64,000 bases of DNA from Alphaproteobacteria bacterium (GTDB taxonomy: Bacteria > Pseudomonadota > Alphaproteobacteria > Methylaequorales > Methylaequoraceae): positions 34,718 to 98,717 of the forward strand of contig JBJKUS010000005.1 in NCBI GenBank assembly GCA_045563025.1. Direction: 5' to 3'. Below the pieces are notes generated by a model. The model was not told the origin of the DNA. It did no database searches and saw nothing but the letters and a program-made list of their open reading frames with translations. Made by a program: the position numbers and the translations under genes. This document shows, in pieces, positions 9,641-20,385 of this stretch (position 1 is the first letter of the stretch; each line of letters opens with the position of its first letter).

Positions 9641-10423
9641 ATGAAAATTTGTTCGTGGAACATTAATTCAGTTAGGATTAGGACTGAGATGCTTGAACTA
9701 TTAGTTGAAAAACACCAACCAGAGATTATTCTTCTTCAAGAGATCAAATGTGAAAATTCTGAATTTCCAGAATTTTATAAAACCTTAAACTATAACTTAG
9801 AAGTTAATGGTCAGAAAGGTAGACATGGAGTAGCAATATTATTGAAAAAAGATCTAACTTATAAAAGGATTGATTTCGAATCGCAAATACTAAATTTAGA
9901 ATCTAGAATAAATGGGGTTTCATTTAAAAATTTGAATATAGTTAATGTTTATGTTCCAAATGGTAATCCAGTTGAAGATAAAAAAAAATTTGACTTTAAG
10001 TTAAAGTGGCTAAATGAATTAAAGAGGATTGTAGAAAGTTTTATAAATAATTATGAAAATCTTTTAGTTGCCGGAGATTTTAACGTTTTGGAAAATGAGT
10101 CTGATGTGAAAGATTTTGATAAATGGAAATTAGATGCCCTCGGAAAAATTGAAACGAGAGAGTATTTTAGAAAAATTTTAGAAAAAGGACTTTTCAACAT
10201 TGAAAGACTATTTAACAGTCCTGGCACAAATTATTCATTTTGGGATTATCAAAAAGCTTCTTGGGAAAGAAATTATGGTTTACTTATTGATCATTTTTTA
10301 GCTTCACCATTTATAATTCAAAATACTAAAAGTATTTTTTTTGATAAAGAATTTAGAGGTTTGGAAAGACCCTCTGATCATATTCCAGTAATTATTGAAA
10401 TTGAAAAGAATTTAAATATCTGA
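9641..10423 (+). CDS. xthA: exodeoxyribonuclease III (AP endonuclease)
   Basis: 260 aa; [14 protein letters not shown] at the N-terminus and SDHIPV at the C-terminus are typical of ExoIII/APE1. Confidence 0.9.
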   Translation: MKICSWNINSVRIRTEMLELLVEKHQPEIILLQEIKCENSEFPEFYKTLNYNLEVNGQKGRHGVAILLKKDLTYKRIDFESQILNLESRINGVSFKNLNIVNVYVPNGNPVEDKKKFDFKLKWLNELKRIVESFINNYENLLVAGDFNVLENESDVKDFDKWKLDALGKIETREYFRKILEKGLFNIERLFNSPGTNYSFWDYQKASWERNYGLLIDHFLASPFIIQNTKSIFFDKEFRGLERPSDHIPVIIEIEKNLNI

Positions 10424-12127
10424 AAAACTCCTCTTTTCTTTTTTAGCACCAGGATGTGTGACTGCCCCAAACCTAGCAGAACCAACACTTTGGGAAAATT
10501 TCCACAAGGCACCTGAGCCAAAATCATTTTCTCTTTCTCTAATTTTTTTTGATCTTTCTTTCAATTTTGATTCAGGTACTAATAACTCTATTATTCCTTT
10601 TTCAGCATCAAGTATTATTTCATCATCATCCTCGATCAAAGAGATTGGTCCTTGAACAGCTGCCTCAGGACTTATATGTCCAACACAAAAACCTCTAGTT
10701 GCTCCAGAAAACCTTCCATCAGTAATCAATGCAACTTTATCTCCCATACCCTGACCATAAATCGCAGCTGTTGTTGCGAGCATTTCTCTCATTCCAGGAC
10801 CGCCCTTCGGGCCTTCATATCTAATAACAATTACATCCCCTTCCTTATATTTCTTTTTACTTACAGCCTCAAATGCATCCTCTTCACAATTGAAGCACCT
10901 TGCTTTTCCTTTAAAAGATAGCGATTTCATTCCTGCAACTTTTACTATTGCTCCGTCTGGTGCCAAATTACCCTTTAAACCGACCACCCCACCTGTTTTT
11001 GTAATAGGTTTTTTTACTGGATAAACTACATTTTGAGATGAATAATTAACATCAATTTCTCTAAGGTTGTCTTTTATACTTTTACCATTAACATTAATAC
11101 AATCATCGTAGAGTAATCCCCCTTCTTGAAGTGCTTTCATTATTATTGGAACACCGCCTATTTCATATAAATCCTTAGCTAAATATTTTCCTCCAGGTTT
11201 AAGATCAACAATATAGGGAGTCTCCTTAAAAATTTTAGCTACATCAAGTAAATCAAAATCAATCCCAATTTCATTCGCAATTGCTGGTAGATGAAGTGCA
11301 GCATTTGTTGATCCTCCACTACATGCAACAACTCTAGCAGCATTAACTAAAGACTTTTTATTCACTATTTCTCTTGGTTTTATTTGTTTTTCTATTAAAT
11401 TCATAACAGCAACGCCTGATTGATAAGCATATTTATCTCGTGATTCAAATGGAGCAGGAGTCGAAGAAGACCCTGGAATTGCTAGGCCTATAGCCTCTGC
11501 TACACATGCCATAGTATTTGCCGTAAATTGTCCTCCGCATGAACCTGCAGATGGACAAGCAACTTTTTCTAATTCGCATAACTCTTTCTCTGAAATTTTG
11601 TTGGCATCAAACTTCCCTACAGCTTCAAAAACATCTTGAACAGTTACTTCTTTATCTTTGTATTTTCCTGGCAAGATTGAACCTCCATATAAAAAAACTG
11701 ATGGAACATTCAAACGTAACATAGCCATCATTAATCCTGGTAACGATTTGTCGCAACCTGCAATACCTACAAGACCATCATAACAATGTCCTCTCATTGA
11801 TACCTCTACTGAATCAGCGATTATTTCTCTTGATACTAAAGATGACTTCATACCTTCATGGCCCATAGCTATGCCGTCTGTTACAGTAATAGTTGTAAAC
11901 TCTCGAGGGGTACCATCACTTTCCTTAACACCTTTTTTTGTAGACTGAGCTTGCCTAGAAAGGGATATATTACAAGGTGCTGATTCATTCCAACAGGTTG
12001 CGACACCTACAAATGGTTGATTTATTTCTTTTTCAGTCATACCCATTGCATAGTAGTAGGATCTATGTGGTGAGCTTTTTGCACCTAAACTTACATGTCT
12101 GCTAGGTAGTTTAGATTTATCAATCAT
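10412..12127 (-). CDS. ilvD: dihydroxy-acid dehydratase
   Basis: 571 aa with IlvD/EDD motifs ([31 protein letters not shown]). Confidence 0.95.
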   Translation of the reverse strand: MIDKSKLPSRHVSLGAKSSPHRSYYYAMGMTEKEINQPFVGVATCWNESAPCNISLSRQAQSTKKGVKESDGTPREFTTITVTDGIAMGHEGMKSSLVSREIIADSVEVSMRGHCYDGLVGIAGCDKSLPGLMMAMLRLNVPSVFLYGGSILPGKYKDKEVTVQDVFEAVGKFDANKISEKELCELEKVACPSAGSCGGQFTANTMACVAEAIGLAIPGSSSTPAPFESRDKYAYQSGVAVMNLIEKQIKPREIVNKKSLVNAARVVACSGGSTNAALHLPAIANEIGIDFDLLDVAKIFKETPYIVDLKPGGKYLAKDLYEIGGVPIIMKALQEGGLLYDDCINVNGKSIKDNLREIDVNYSSQNVVYPVKKPITKTGGVVGLKGNLAPDGAIVKVAGMKSLSFKGKARCFNCEEDAFEAVSKKKYKEGDVIVIRYEGPKGGPGMREMLATTAAIYGQGMGDKVALITDGRFSGATRGFCVGHISPEAAVQGPISLIEDDDEIILDAEKGIIELLVPESKLKERSKKIRERENDFGSGALWKFSQSVGSARFGAVTHPGAKKEKRSFSDI

Positions 12128-12897
12128 TTAAAATTCCTTTCATTAATTGACTTATTGAAGATTTTTCTAAATTCATAAGAGTTTTCGTAAAAACTAAAAT
12201 GACCACAATCATATATCTTATATCTTATTGAACCAAATAAAAATTCTGAAAAAAAAAAATTTGACTTTTCTCCATACAAATAAATTCTTTTGTTAAAAAA
12301 TGATTTATAAAACCTCATAAGATCACCAGAATTGCTATATGAAACAGCATCTTTTGATATATTATAAAATGAATCTGGCGATGTTTTTTTTAGAGATTCT
12401 GACCATTTCCTCAAACCAACTTCTTTAGAAGATGAGCAAATCGAAATTAAATTATTATATTTTTCATTAAATATTTCTTTTGAATATGAAACAGTTTTCT
12501 TTGTAATAGTTGAAGTATCATAATGAGTTAAATTTCCTTCATAATTTATAAAGTTTTTAAAAATCTTTTTTTTTAAAAATCTTTTAGCAAGAAGAATGGG
12601 TATTATACCTCCAACAGAATGAGCAAAAAAAATAATTTTTCTTAATTTTTTTTTTTTTATAAATAAAAAAATTTTTTTTGTATAACTATTTAGATTACTA
12701 TTTCTTGAGTTAGTTTTACGGTGATGTCCGGGTAATTCCGGAATTAGTATTTGAAATTTTTTATTTATTGACCTAATCAGAAAATTAAAGTCATTGCTAC
12801 AACAACCTAAACCGTAAAAAAAAAGAATTGTTTTTTTTTTTAATACCTTCCTATTGTTAGAATTTATAATTAGATCATCAAATTTAATTTTATACAT
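12124..12897 (-). CDS. alpha/beta-fold hydrolase
   Basis: 257 aa with a nucleophile elbow AHSVGG (GxSxG), an HGxxxxS/T-like oxyanion region (FFYGLG) and a C-terminal His. Confidence 0.55.
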   Translation of the reverse strand: MYKIKFDDLIINSNNRKVLKKKTILFFYGLGCCSNDFNFLIRSINKKFQILIPELPGHHRKTNSRNSNLNSYTKKIFLFIKKKKLRKIIFFAHSVGGIIPILLAKRFLKKKIFKNFINYEGNLTHYDTSTITKKTVSYSKEIFNEKYNNLISICSSSKEVGLRKWSESLKKTSPDSFYNISKDAVSYSNSGDLMRFYKSFFNKRIYLYGEKSNFFFSEFLFGSIRYKIYDCGHFSFYENSYEFRKIFNKSINERNFK

Positions 12898-12915
12898 TAA
12901 TTTCTTTTGTATAAT

Positions 12916-15513
12916 TTACTTTTTAAGGAGAATAAGATTTTCCTCAGCTTCTTTAAGCTTACTCTTATTTTCATTTACAATTTTAACAGGAGCGTTAGAA
13001 ATAAAATTTTTGTTACTAAGTTTATTTTTGAAAAATTTTACTTCTTCCTCGTAAAATTTTATTTTCTTTGCTTTTTCGATATTTGTACTTTCTACATCAT
13101 TTTGTGAGTGAATAATAAATTTTATTCCTGATGAAATAAAGTCGATGTTGTCTTTTGTTTTAATGTCATATTCCAGTGAACTCAAATTAAAGAAAGAAAT
13201 TATTAATTCTTTGTTACTTTCTATCCATTTAACTTTTTTAGAATTAACAATAACTAAACTTATAGTTTGTTTTTTTCCTTCAGTTATTGATCTTAGGTTT
13301 CTAAGAAGCTGAATAATTTTTTTAAATTCAGCAACCTTTGATTTTTGAACCAACTTTGATTTGACGGTTACAAACTTATTATCAAATAAACTTTTTGTGG
13401 TGTATCCCAAATCCTTAGATATTTTTTCAGATACAAAAGGTATTATAGGATTAATTAGATTTAAAATATTTGCAAAGATAAAATTAAAGTTATAAGAAAT
13501 TTCATAAAAGTTTTTTTTATCTTTTAAGTAAATTTTAGATAATTCAATATAAATATCGCAAAAATCATTCCAAATGAAATGATAAAGCTCTTTGACTAAA
13601 AGATTAAATTTATAATTTTTTAAGTGTTTGATAACAATTTGCTGTGTTTGATTTAATCTTTCTAGTATCCAATCATTAATAATAAGTTTATTTTTTTTTA
13701 AGCTATGTTTATTTGTTTCTGAGAATTTATGAAACTGCGAGAATCTTGCAGCATTCCAAAGTTTAGTTATGAAATTTCTGCTATTTTCGACTAGTTTATT
13801 AGACAATTTTATATCTCTACCTTGAGTAGATAAATTCACTAAAGTAAATCTTAATGCATCAGCACCATAAATATTTATTAAATCTAGTGGGTCAATTACA
13901 TTACCCTTTGATTTTGACATTTTATTTCCCTTTTCATCTCTTACCAACGGATGAATATAAACATTTTTAAAGGGAACTTTTTTCATAAAATATGAGCCCA
14001 TCATAACCATCCTCGCAACCCAAAAAAAGATTATATCAAATCCTGTAACTAAAACATTTGTGGGATAAAATTTTTTTAGGAATTCATTTTTTTTTGGCCA
14101 ACCCAGTGTTGAGAATGGCCATAGTGCCGATGAAAACCACGTGTCCAAGACATCCTCATCTTGATGAGATATATATTCATTTGGCTTTTTTTTCTTTAAA
14201 ATTTCTCTGGCATTCTTTTCATTCAAAGCTGCTACTTTGAAACCTTTATTAGAATACCAAACTGGAATTCTATGTCCCCACCAGATTTGTCTCGAAATAC
14301 ACCAAGGTTCAATGTTTTTAACCCAATGCTTAAATGTTTTCATCCAAGATGATGGAAAAAAAACAAGTTGATTATTTTTAATAATCTTTTCTACATGAAT
14401 ACAGAGTTTTTTTGAGTCAACAAACCACTGTAAAGTCATAAAAGGCTCAATTACTGCTCCACTTCTATCACCAACGGGAATAGTCATCTTTTGATCTATT
14501 TCTTTTTCTATCAAACCAAGGTTTTTTAAAGAATGGAGTAACTTTTTTCTAGCTGTATTTCTATCTAATCCAATAAAATCATTGCTAGCATTTTCATTTA
14601 ATTTCGCATTTTTATCAAAGATATTAACAAATTCTAAATTATGTCTTTTGCCAACTAAAAAATCGTTAAAATCATGTGCAGGTGTTATTTTTACAGCTCC
14701 CGATCCTTTTTCTGGGTCAGCATATTCATCTGCTATTATAGGAATTTGTTTATTTTTAAAAGGAATTATTGCAAATCTTCCAATAAAATCTTTTAGTTTT
14801 TTATTTTTAGGATGAATTGCTATTGCAGTATCACCAAACATAGTTTCTGGCCTAGTTGTTGCTACTGTTAAGTACTTTTCACTATCTTGGATTTTGTATT
14901 TAATATACCATAGTTTGCCGTTAATTTCTTTCTGGTTAACCTCAAGGTCAGATACTGCTGTTTCCAGAACGGGATCCCAATTAACCAGTCGGTTATCTTG
15001 GTAAATAAGGTTGTTATTAAATAAATCAATAAATACTTTTTTTACAGATTCACTTAAACCTTCATCCAATGTAAACCTGCTAATTGACCAATCAACAGCT
15101 GTACCTAATTTGTTTAGTTGATCAATAATTTTATTTCCAGAAATTTCTTTCCATTCCCAAATCTTTGCCAAAAATTTTTCTCTACCAATACTTTTTTTTG
15201 ATAATCCGTGCTCATTATTAAGTTTTTTTTCAACAATTATTTCAGTAGCAATCCCTGCGTGATCTGTTCCGGGTTGCCATAGAACATTCTTCCCTAGTTT
15301 CTTATAATATCTTACTAAAATATCTTGAAGTGTAAAAGTAAGCGCGTGTCCCATATGTAGGCTTCCAGTCACATTTGGAGGTGGCATCATTAAACAAAAA
15401 GGTTTTTCTTTTTGTGAATTTTTAAATTTAAAGACATTATCATTCTTCCAATTTAAAATTAAATTTTCTTCTGTTTCCTTAAAAGGGAATCTTTTTTCTA
15501 GTTCATTGTTCAT
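12916..15513 (-). CDS. valS: valyl-tRNA synthetase
   Basis: Contains the HIGH (PPPNVTGSLHMGHA) and KMSKS motifs and a C-terminal coiled coil. The start is taken at the internal Met (MNNELEKRF) that immediately follows the tolC stop; the ORF-track extension to 15531 overlaps tolC. Confidence 0.93.
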   Translation of the reverse strand: MNNELEKRFPFKETEENLILNWKNDNVFKFKNSQKEKPFCLMMPPPNVTGSLHMGHALTFTLQDILVRYYKKLGKNVLWQPGTDHAGIATEIIVEKKLNNEHGLSKKSIGREKFLAKIWEWKEISGNKIIDQLNKLGTAVDWSISRFTLDEGLSESVKKVFIDLFNNNLIYQDNRLVNWDPVLETAVSDLEVNQKEINGKLWYIKYKIQDSEKYLTVATTRPETMFGDTAIAIHPKNKKLKDFIGRFAIIPFKNKQIPIIADEYADPEKGSGAVKITPAHDFNDFLVGKRHNLEFVNIFDKNAKLNENASNDFIGLDRNTARKKLLHSLKNLGLIEKEIDQKMTIPVGDRSGAVIEPFMTLQWFVDSKKLCIHVEKIIKNNQLVFFPSSWMKTFKHWVKNIEPWCISRQIWWGHRIPVWYSNKGFKVAALNEKNAREILKKKKPNEYISHQDEDVLDTWFSSALWPFSTLGWPKKNEFLKKFYPTNVLVTGFDIIFFWVARMVMMGSYFMKKVPFKNVYIHPLVRDEKGNKMSKSKGNVIDPLDLINIYGADALRFTLVNLSTQGRDIKLSNKLVENSRNFITKLWNAARFSQFHKFSETNKHSLKKNKLIINDWILERLNQTQQIVIKHLKNYKFNLLVKELYHFIWNDFCDIYIELSKIYLKDKKNFYEISYNFNFIFANILNLINPIIPFVSEKISKDLGYTTKSLFDNKFVTVKSKLVQKSKVAEFKKIIQLLRNLRSITEGKKQTISLVIVNSKKVKWIESNKELIISFFNLSSLEYDIKTKDNIDFISSGIKFIIHSQNDVESTNIEKAKKIKFYEEEVKFFKNKLSNKNFISNAPVKIVNENKSKLKEAEENLILLKK

Positions 15514-16868
15514 TCGATAATATCCAACCACCTCTTTTTAACTTTATTATAATTTTTTTCATCATCAAAAATTTCAACATTTAAGCTAAGGTCTTTTGCA
15601 TTCAATTTTCCTATAAAAAACATAACTTCGTAATAAGAAATGAAATAGTCTTTGTATGCTTTGATAAGATCAAGTTCTGATTCAAGAAGTTCCTGTTCAC
15701 CATCTAAAACATCTAATGTCGTTCTCTCGCCGAGTTGAAATTCTTGTTTTAATCCATCTAAATAAATCTTATTTGATTCAATCTGTTTTTTATATGCAAT
15801 TATTCTTGAAAAAGAGTAATCATAAGATGACTTTGACGAGACAATACTAGCAGTAAGATTTTCAGTTTCTAATTTTAACAACTCTTGTTGTGCAAAAAGC
15901 TTTTCCTTGGCTTCTCTAATTTTTGAAGAAGCCATTCCTGACTGATAAATTGGTATATCAACTTTTGCAAAAGCAGACAAAACTTCTCTTTCACTATCTG
16001 TCCTAAAATAACCCTGATTAATTTTAGCCTCAGCCTCAAGTTTCAAGGAAGGAAGTCTTTTTCTTTTTAAAGAAGATATTTCGTTTTTTAAAGACGCTAA
16101 AGTAAATCCAACACTTCGAATCTTAGGATTATTATTTTTTCCCTCAGCAATTAAATCTTCCTCATCAAATTGTTTTTCTTCAAGTGGAATAATTATTTCT
16201 GGATTAGTTGGACTTACTCCAAAAATTGATAAGTATTTTGCTTTTATTGAGTTTATTATATTTAGTGATTCCATCAACTCTGACTCAGCTAATGTAAATC
16301 TAGCTTCGGATATTGAAACATCTGTCAGTGTTACTTCTCCTATCTCAAATTGTTCTTTTGTGAGCTCTAGTTGTCTTTTTAAAACTTCAACGTTTTTTTC
16401 TTTAACTTTTAAGTTTGATTTTTCTGTTGCTAAGTCAGCATAAAGTTTTATAGCTTCAAGAAAAACTTCCTGCTCAACATTTTTTAAATTACTTCTTTGA
16501 GATAATATTTCATTTTTTGCAACCTTAATTTTACTTAAACTACTTCCTCCCTCAAAGATACTTTGAGAAACAACAACACCTTTATTCGTTTCAGTTCTTA
16601 TGCCATCGGAGGTGATATTAAAGCCTTCGGAATTTGTATCAACCTTACCTTTTTGATAGTAACCTCTAATTTCTGGTCTAAACTCTGACAAAGCCATTGG
16701 CATTAACTCGTCCTTTACCATAAGATTTTTTCTTTCGTACTTAAGTTTAGGATTAAAAATATATAATTTCTGTAGTGAATTAGATAAATCTTGGCTTATA
16801 TAGATTTCTGTGCTCAATACTCGAGAGTCAATAAAGAAAATAAAAAATAATAAAATAAGTTTTTTCAT
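15510..16868 (-). CDS. tolC: TolC-family outer-membrane efflux channel
   Basis: 452 aa with a signal peptide (MKKLILLFFIFFIDSRVLS) and the two-repeat coiled-coil/beta-barrel architecture typical of OMF proteins. Confidence 0.8.
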   Translation of the reverse strand: MKKLILLFFIFFIDSRVLSTEIYISQDLSNSLQKLYIFNPKLKYERKNLMVKDELMPMALSEFRPEIRGYYQKGKVDTNSEGFNITSDGIRTETNKGVVVSQSIFEGGSSLSKIKVAKNEILSQRSNLKNVEQEVFLEAIKLYADLATEKSNLKVKEKNVEVLKRQLELTKEQFEIGEVTLTDVSISEARFTLAESELMESLNIINSIKAKYLSIFGVSPTNPEIIIPLEEKQFDEEDLIAEGKNNNPKIRSVGFTLASLKNEISSLKRKRLPSLKLEAEAKINQGYFRTDSEREVLSAFAKVDIPIYQSGMASSKIREAKEKLFAQQELLKLETENLTASIVSSKSSYDYSFSRIIAYKKQIESNKIYLDGLKQEFQLGERTTLDVLDGEQELLESELDLIKAYKDYFISYYEVMFFIGKLNAKDLSLNVEIFDDEKNYNKVKKRWLDIIE

Positions 16869-16877
16869 AAAACTAAC

Positions 16878-17525
16878 TTAGATTATAGTATCTAATGAAT
16901 CTTTTAGACTTGTATTGAAAAACTTTTCTATTGATAGGTTCGATTCTATCTTCAATGCTCTTACAAAATCTCCGATGTAGTCCTCATTTTTTAAAATTAC
17001 AAATATTTCTCCTTTACTTTTTAATTGTTTAACCAGATGAGAAGGTATGGATTTTACTGACCCTTCGATAAATATTTTATCGTAAGGAGCATTTTTGCTT
17101 AGACCTTGAGATAGTTCTTTTTTAAAAAAAATTGAACAATTAAGGATATTTAAATCATTAATGTTTTTAGATGCAATCTCTGTTATTTCTTTATCATTGT
17201 CTATTCCAAATACATAATTTACCATCTTAGAAACAACGGCCAAAGAATAACCAGTTAAACAACCGATAAATAAAATTTTGTCATCTTTATTAAAGTTACA
17301 TCTATCTAACATTTTTGCCACAATGAAAGTTTTCATCATAAATCTATTTTTAGATATTTTTATTTCAGCATCACTGTATGTAAGGTCATATTGCTCTTTT
17401 GGAACAAAATTCTCTTTTTTTACATTATAAAAAGCATCAATCAACTCTTTATTTTTTACATTATTTGGAAGAATTTGATTCTTTACCATATTTAATCTTG
17501 CTTTTTGAAAAAATTTATCGTGCAT
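16878..17525 (-). CDS. protein-L-isoaspartate O-methyltransferase-like protein (second, divergent PCMT homolog)
   Basis: 215 aa; the PCMT fold is present but motif I is altered (ILFIGCLTGYSLAVVSKM, versus VLEIGTGSGY in the pcm at 566..1213). Confidence 0.7.
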   Translation of the reverse strand: MHDKFFQKARLNMVKNQILPNNVKNKELIDAFYNVKKENFVPKEQYDLTYSDAEIKISKNRFMMKTFIVAKMLDRCNFNKDDKILFIGCLTGYSLAVVSKMVNYVFGIDNDKEITEIASKNINDLNILNCSIFFKKELSQGLSKNAPYDKIFIEGSVKSIPSHLVKQLKSKGEIFVILKNEDYIGDFVRALKIESNLSIEKFFNTSLKDSLDTII

Positions 17526-17530
17526 TTTTT

Positions 17531-17558
17531 TTAGTTAATGTATAAGTATTGCTATAAT
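17531..17558 (+). promoter_or_regulatory. putative sigma70-type promoter for the tRNA-Cys/tRNA-Asn pair (extended -10 TGcTATAAT at 17550-17558; weak -35 TTAGTT with a 17 nt spacer)
   Basis: Hexamers read directly about 45 nt upstream of tRNA-Cys. An AT-rich genome gives many chance TATAAT matches. Confidence 0.3.
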
Positions 17559-17601
17559 ATATTTAGTATTAATATTTATTACAATAGATTAGAAATTTAA
17601 T

Positions 17602-17675
17602 GGTGCGGTGGCGGAGAGGCTACGCACCGGCCTGCAAAGCCGAGTACACCGGTTCGAATCCGGTCCGCACCTCCA
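17602..17675 (+). tRNA. tRNA-Cys (GCA)
   Basis: Cloverleaf read by hand: acceptor GGTGCGG/CCGCACC, anticodon stem CGGC/GCCG with loop CTGCAAA (anticodon GCA), T-arm GGTTCGAATCC, and an encoded 3' CCA. Confidence 0.9.
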
Positions 17676-17726
17676 AAAAATAAATGTTTTTACAAATTAA
17701 AAAATTAAACTATTATAGCTCTAATT

Positions 17727-17802
17727 TTCCGGCGTAGCTCAGTTGGTAGAGCAAGCGACTGTTAATCGCTGGGTCACAGGTTCGAGTCCTGTCGCCGGAG
17801 CC
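17727..17802 (+). tRNA. tRNA-Asn (GTT)
   Basis: Acceptor TCCGGCG/CGCCGGA, D-arm AGCTCAGTTGGTAGAGC, anticodon loop CTGTTAA (GTT), T-arm GGTTCGAGTCC, discriminator G, and an encoded CCA. Confidence 0.9.
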
Positions 17803-17840
17803 ATCATAATAATAAACGTTTATAAGTTATCGCAAAGTTT

Positions 17841-18767
17841 ATGGTTAAAGTCAGTTTCGTTTGTCCTATTTTTAATAAATCCAAATATTTAAAAGATGTG
17901 CTTAATGCACTTAATAAACAGACAGGAAATTTTGAAAAAGAATTCATTTTTGTCAATGACGGCTCATCAGATAATTCATTAGAATTACTCAAATCTTTGA
18001 CAAAAGGTTGGAAAAATAAAAAAATTTTAAGTCAAAAAAATAAAGGTCCAGCAAGTGCTACTCAGCGAGGCATAGATTTTTCTACTGGGGATTACATTAA
18101 ATTAGTTGGTGGAGACGATGTATTGTCGCCTAACTGTACAAAAACACTATTAGATGTTTTAAGACAAAGTAATGCTGTTGCTGTTTTTAGTCGTTACAAA
18201 TTAGTTGAAAATATAAAAAAATTTGATTTTGAAAATAAACCTCTTCAAAATTTAAGAGTTTTAAAAGATCCCCTTCAAAAAACTATCTTATCTAGTTACT
18301 CTGGAACGTCTCCTAACCTTTATTGTAGAAAAACAATTGAAAAATCTGGGGGGTGTGATCTCAGACTTTTCATTGAAGATTTTTCTTTAGTTCTTGGACT
18401 TTCAAAACTTGGAAAATTTAGTTTTATTGATAACGTCACTTCAATAGGTCCAGCTGACGATCCAAATAGAATTATGTTAGGAAAACAAACACAACTAATC
18501 CATGACTTTAACGCAGCACTTTATTATTTCTTTATTGAAAATGATTCACTGCCTAGTAATCTAAAAAAATTAGCCTGTTTAAAGGCTATCGGAAGAGCAG
18601 AAAAATGGGCCAGAAGGATTAAAAATCAATCTTTTTTTAATAAAATGAACCTTCTTAAACTTAAACTCTATATAGGTGACAAAAATTATTTAAAATTCCT
18701 TAAAATGTCATGTTTATTTTTTTACGATGACTTTAATGATGAAAAAATAAGATATAAGATTTCTTAG
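17841..18767 (+). CDS. family 2 glycosyltransferase
   Basis: 308 aa; the GT-A N-terminus (VSFVCPIFNKSKYLKDVLNALNKQT...FIFVNDGSSDNS) and DxD-like GGDD are present. Confidence 0.8.
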   Translation: MVKVSFVCPIFNKSKYLKDVLNALNKQTGNFEKEFIFVNDGSSDNSLELLKSLTKGWKNKKILSQKNKGPASATQRGIDFSTGDYIKLVGGDDVLSPNCTKTLLDVLRQSNAVAVFSRYKLVENIKKFDFENKPLQNLRVLKDPLQKTILSSYSGTSPNLYCRKTIEKSGGCDLRLFIEDFSLVLGLSKLGKFSFIDNVTSIGPADDPNRIMLGKQTQLIHDFNAALYYFFIENDSLPSNLKKLACLKAIGRAEKWARRIKNQSFFNKMNLLKLKLYIGDKNYLKFLKMSCLFFYDDFNDEKIRYKIS

Positions 18768-19559
18768 TTATTCACCTTGATTTATTAAAATTCCGTGTTT
18801 TCTTGAGGATTTTATCATCAACATAAAAAAGAGAATTGAAGAACTCAAATATAAAAAGTTAAGTAATAAAATCTTGCTTAAGTTCTTAAAGTCAATTATT
18901 TGTTCTATAAGAATCATTCTCATAGATTCAAAAACGTAAACTGGTGGAAGAAGTTGAGAAATCTTTTGCATTATTGGAGGAAGTGAATCTAACGGATAGT
19001 AAACGCAAGAAAAGGGTAATAAGATAAATATAATTGCCCAAGCCAACTCTTCAAAAGAATGACCATACCTTAGAACTAGCCCAGATACTATAAATCCTAT
19101 AGACCATCCTATGGCTATAAGATTAAAAAAAAAGAAAATCAAATAAAAACCCATTTCAAAAAGATGAAAATTAAAAAAATAATTTGCCAAAAAAACTGCT
19201 GGAGTGAGACCAACCAAAGTTCTTAATGCACTTATTATTATTAGGCTTGAAACAAGCTCATACTCTTTAAGTGGGGTAATAAATAAATTAGTTAAGTTTC
19301 TAGACCATATTTCTTCTAAAAAAGACATCGTTAAACCTAATTGTCCTCGAAATAAAACATCCCAGAGAACAACAGCAGATAAAATTATACTTAATACATT
19401 AAAAACAGAAGATGAATTATTCTGAATCAAGAAATTGCTAAAAAAACCCCAAAATAATATTTGTACAGAAGGCCAATAAAAAATACTCAATAACCTTGGA
19501 AAAGAACCAAAAGATATAGTTTTATATCTAATTATTAGTGCAAATATTCTTCCAAACAT
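18768..19559 (-). CDS. ABC-2 type exporter permease
   Basis: 263 aa with six predicted TM segments. It is translationally coupled to the ATPase (the stop/start overlap by 1 nt at 19559). Confidence 0.65.
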   Translation of the reverse strand: MFGRIFALIIRYKTISFGSFPRLLSIFYWPSVQILFWGFFSNFLIQNNSSSVFNVLSIILSAVVLWDVLFRGQLGLTMSFLEEIWSRNLTNLFITPLKEYELVSSLIIISALRTLVGLTPAVFLANYFFNFHLFEMGFYLIFFFFNLIAIGWSIGFIVSGLVLRYGHSFEELAWAIIFILLPFSCVYYPLDSLPPIMQKISQLLPPVYVFESMRMILIEQIIDFKNLSKILLLNFLYLSSSILFFMLMIKSSRKHGILINQGE

Positions 19560-20266
19560 TAGCCTTGCCCTAAAAAAAATTCTTCAAGTGAAGAATACTT
19601 GTTTTTTTGTAATAAAAATTCAAGATTACCATGCGAATCAATTTCTCCTGATTTAAGTAATATGATTTCAGAACATATACTTTGAATCTCATCTAAATTA
19701 TGAGATGTAATAATTATTGATGACTTATGTAATCTTTTATAATTAACTAAAAAATCCCTGATAAAAATTGAAGTTTCCGGATCCAATGATGCTGTTGGTT
19801 CATCAAGTAAAAGAAGTTTTGGTGTATTTAACAGTGCTTTACACAAATTTACTTTTGTTTTTTGTCCAGCAGACAAAGACCCATAATTTTTCTTTAACAA
19901 ATCATTCATTTGAAGGTTTTTAGCTAAATCATCAATAACATCTTTAAAATACATTACTCCATATAACCTAGAATAAAAAAAAAGATTTTGTTGAACAGTC
20001 ATTTTTTTTGGGAGGTCAATGTAAGGACTCTGGAAATTTATTTTTTTAAGTATTTCATTTTTATATTTTTTAAGATTTTTCCCAAAAACATTTATCTCAC
20101 CAGATGAAGGTGAAATCAGACCCATTAACATTCCTAGTAGTGTAGTTTTTCCAGCACCATTCTTTCCTAAAACTCCAACTATTGAATTATCAGTTACATT
20201 AAACGAAATATTCTTAATAATCATCTTGTTATTAAAGCTTTTAAAAAGCTTAGAAACTTTTAACAT
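19559..20266 (-). CDS. ABC transporter ATP-binding protein
   Basis: 235 aa with Walker A (GKNGAGKTT), the ABC signature (LSAGQKTKV) and Walker B (LLLLDEPTASLD). Confidence 0.9.
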   Translation of the reverse strand: MLKVSKLFKSFNNKMIIKNISFNVTDNSIVGVLGKNGAGKTTLLGMLMGLISPSSGEINVFGKNLKKYKNEILKKINFQSPYIDLPKKMTVQQNLFFYSRLYGVMYFKDVIDDLAKNLQMNDLLKKNYGSLSAGQKTKVNLCKALLNTPKLLLLDEPTASLDPETSIFIRDFLVNYKRLHKSSIIITSHNLDEIQSICSEIILLKSGEIDSHGNLEFLLQKNKYSSLEEFFLGQG

Positions 20267-20385
20267 AATACTTATGGATATTTAAATTCTATTACAATTT
20301 AACTGTTTAAATATTTATAATTTTTTATATATCATTATAAAGTAATAACATTACAATTAAAAAAAAATCTATAATTATCAATCAA

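Noticed and set aside
17602-17802. Integrated mobile element, integrase, or att repeats at the tRNA-Cys/tRNA-Asn pair and at the CAT tRNA (54473..54549)
   Set aside because: No integrase, transposase or phage gene, and no obvious duplicated tRNA 3'-end fragment, was seen in the flanks. Only the gene content (surface-glycan genes; hypothetical secreted proteins) is island-like, so I report these as loci to compare rather than as mobile elements.
20267-20385. A riboswitch or ncRNA in the intergenic regions upstream of the cysK-like gene, of folE (44470..44552) and of the nuclease gene (27058..27216)
   Set aside because: These spacers are extremely AT-rich, with no GC-rich paired segments or conserved riboswitch cores (SAM, glycine, THF) recognisable by eye. 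I also looked for an alphaproteobacterial LexA-box-like GTTC-N7-GTTC upstream of the nuclease-ligase pair and did not find one.
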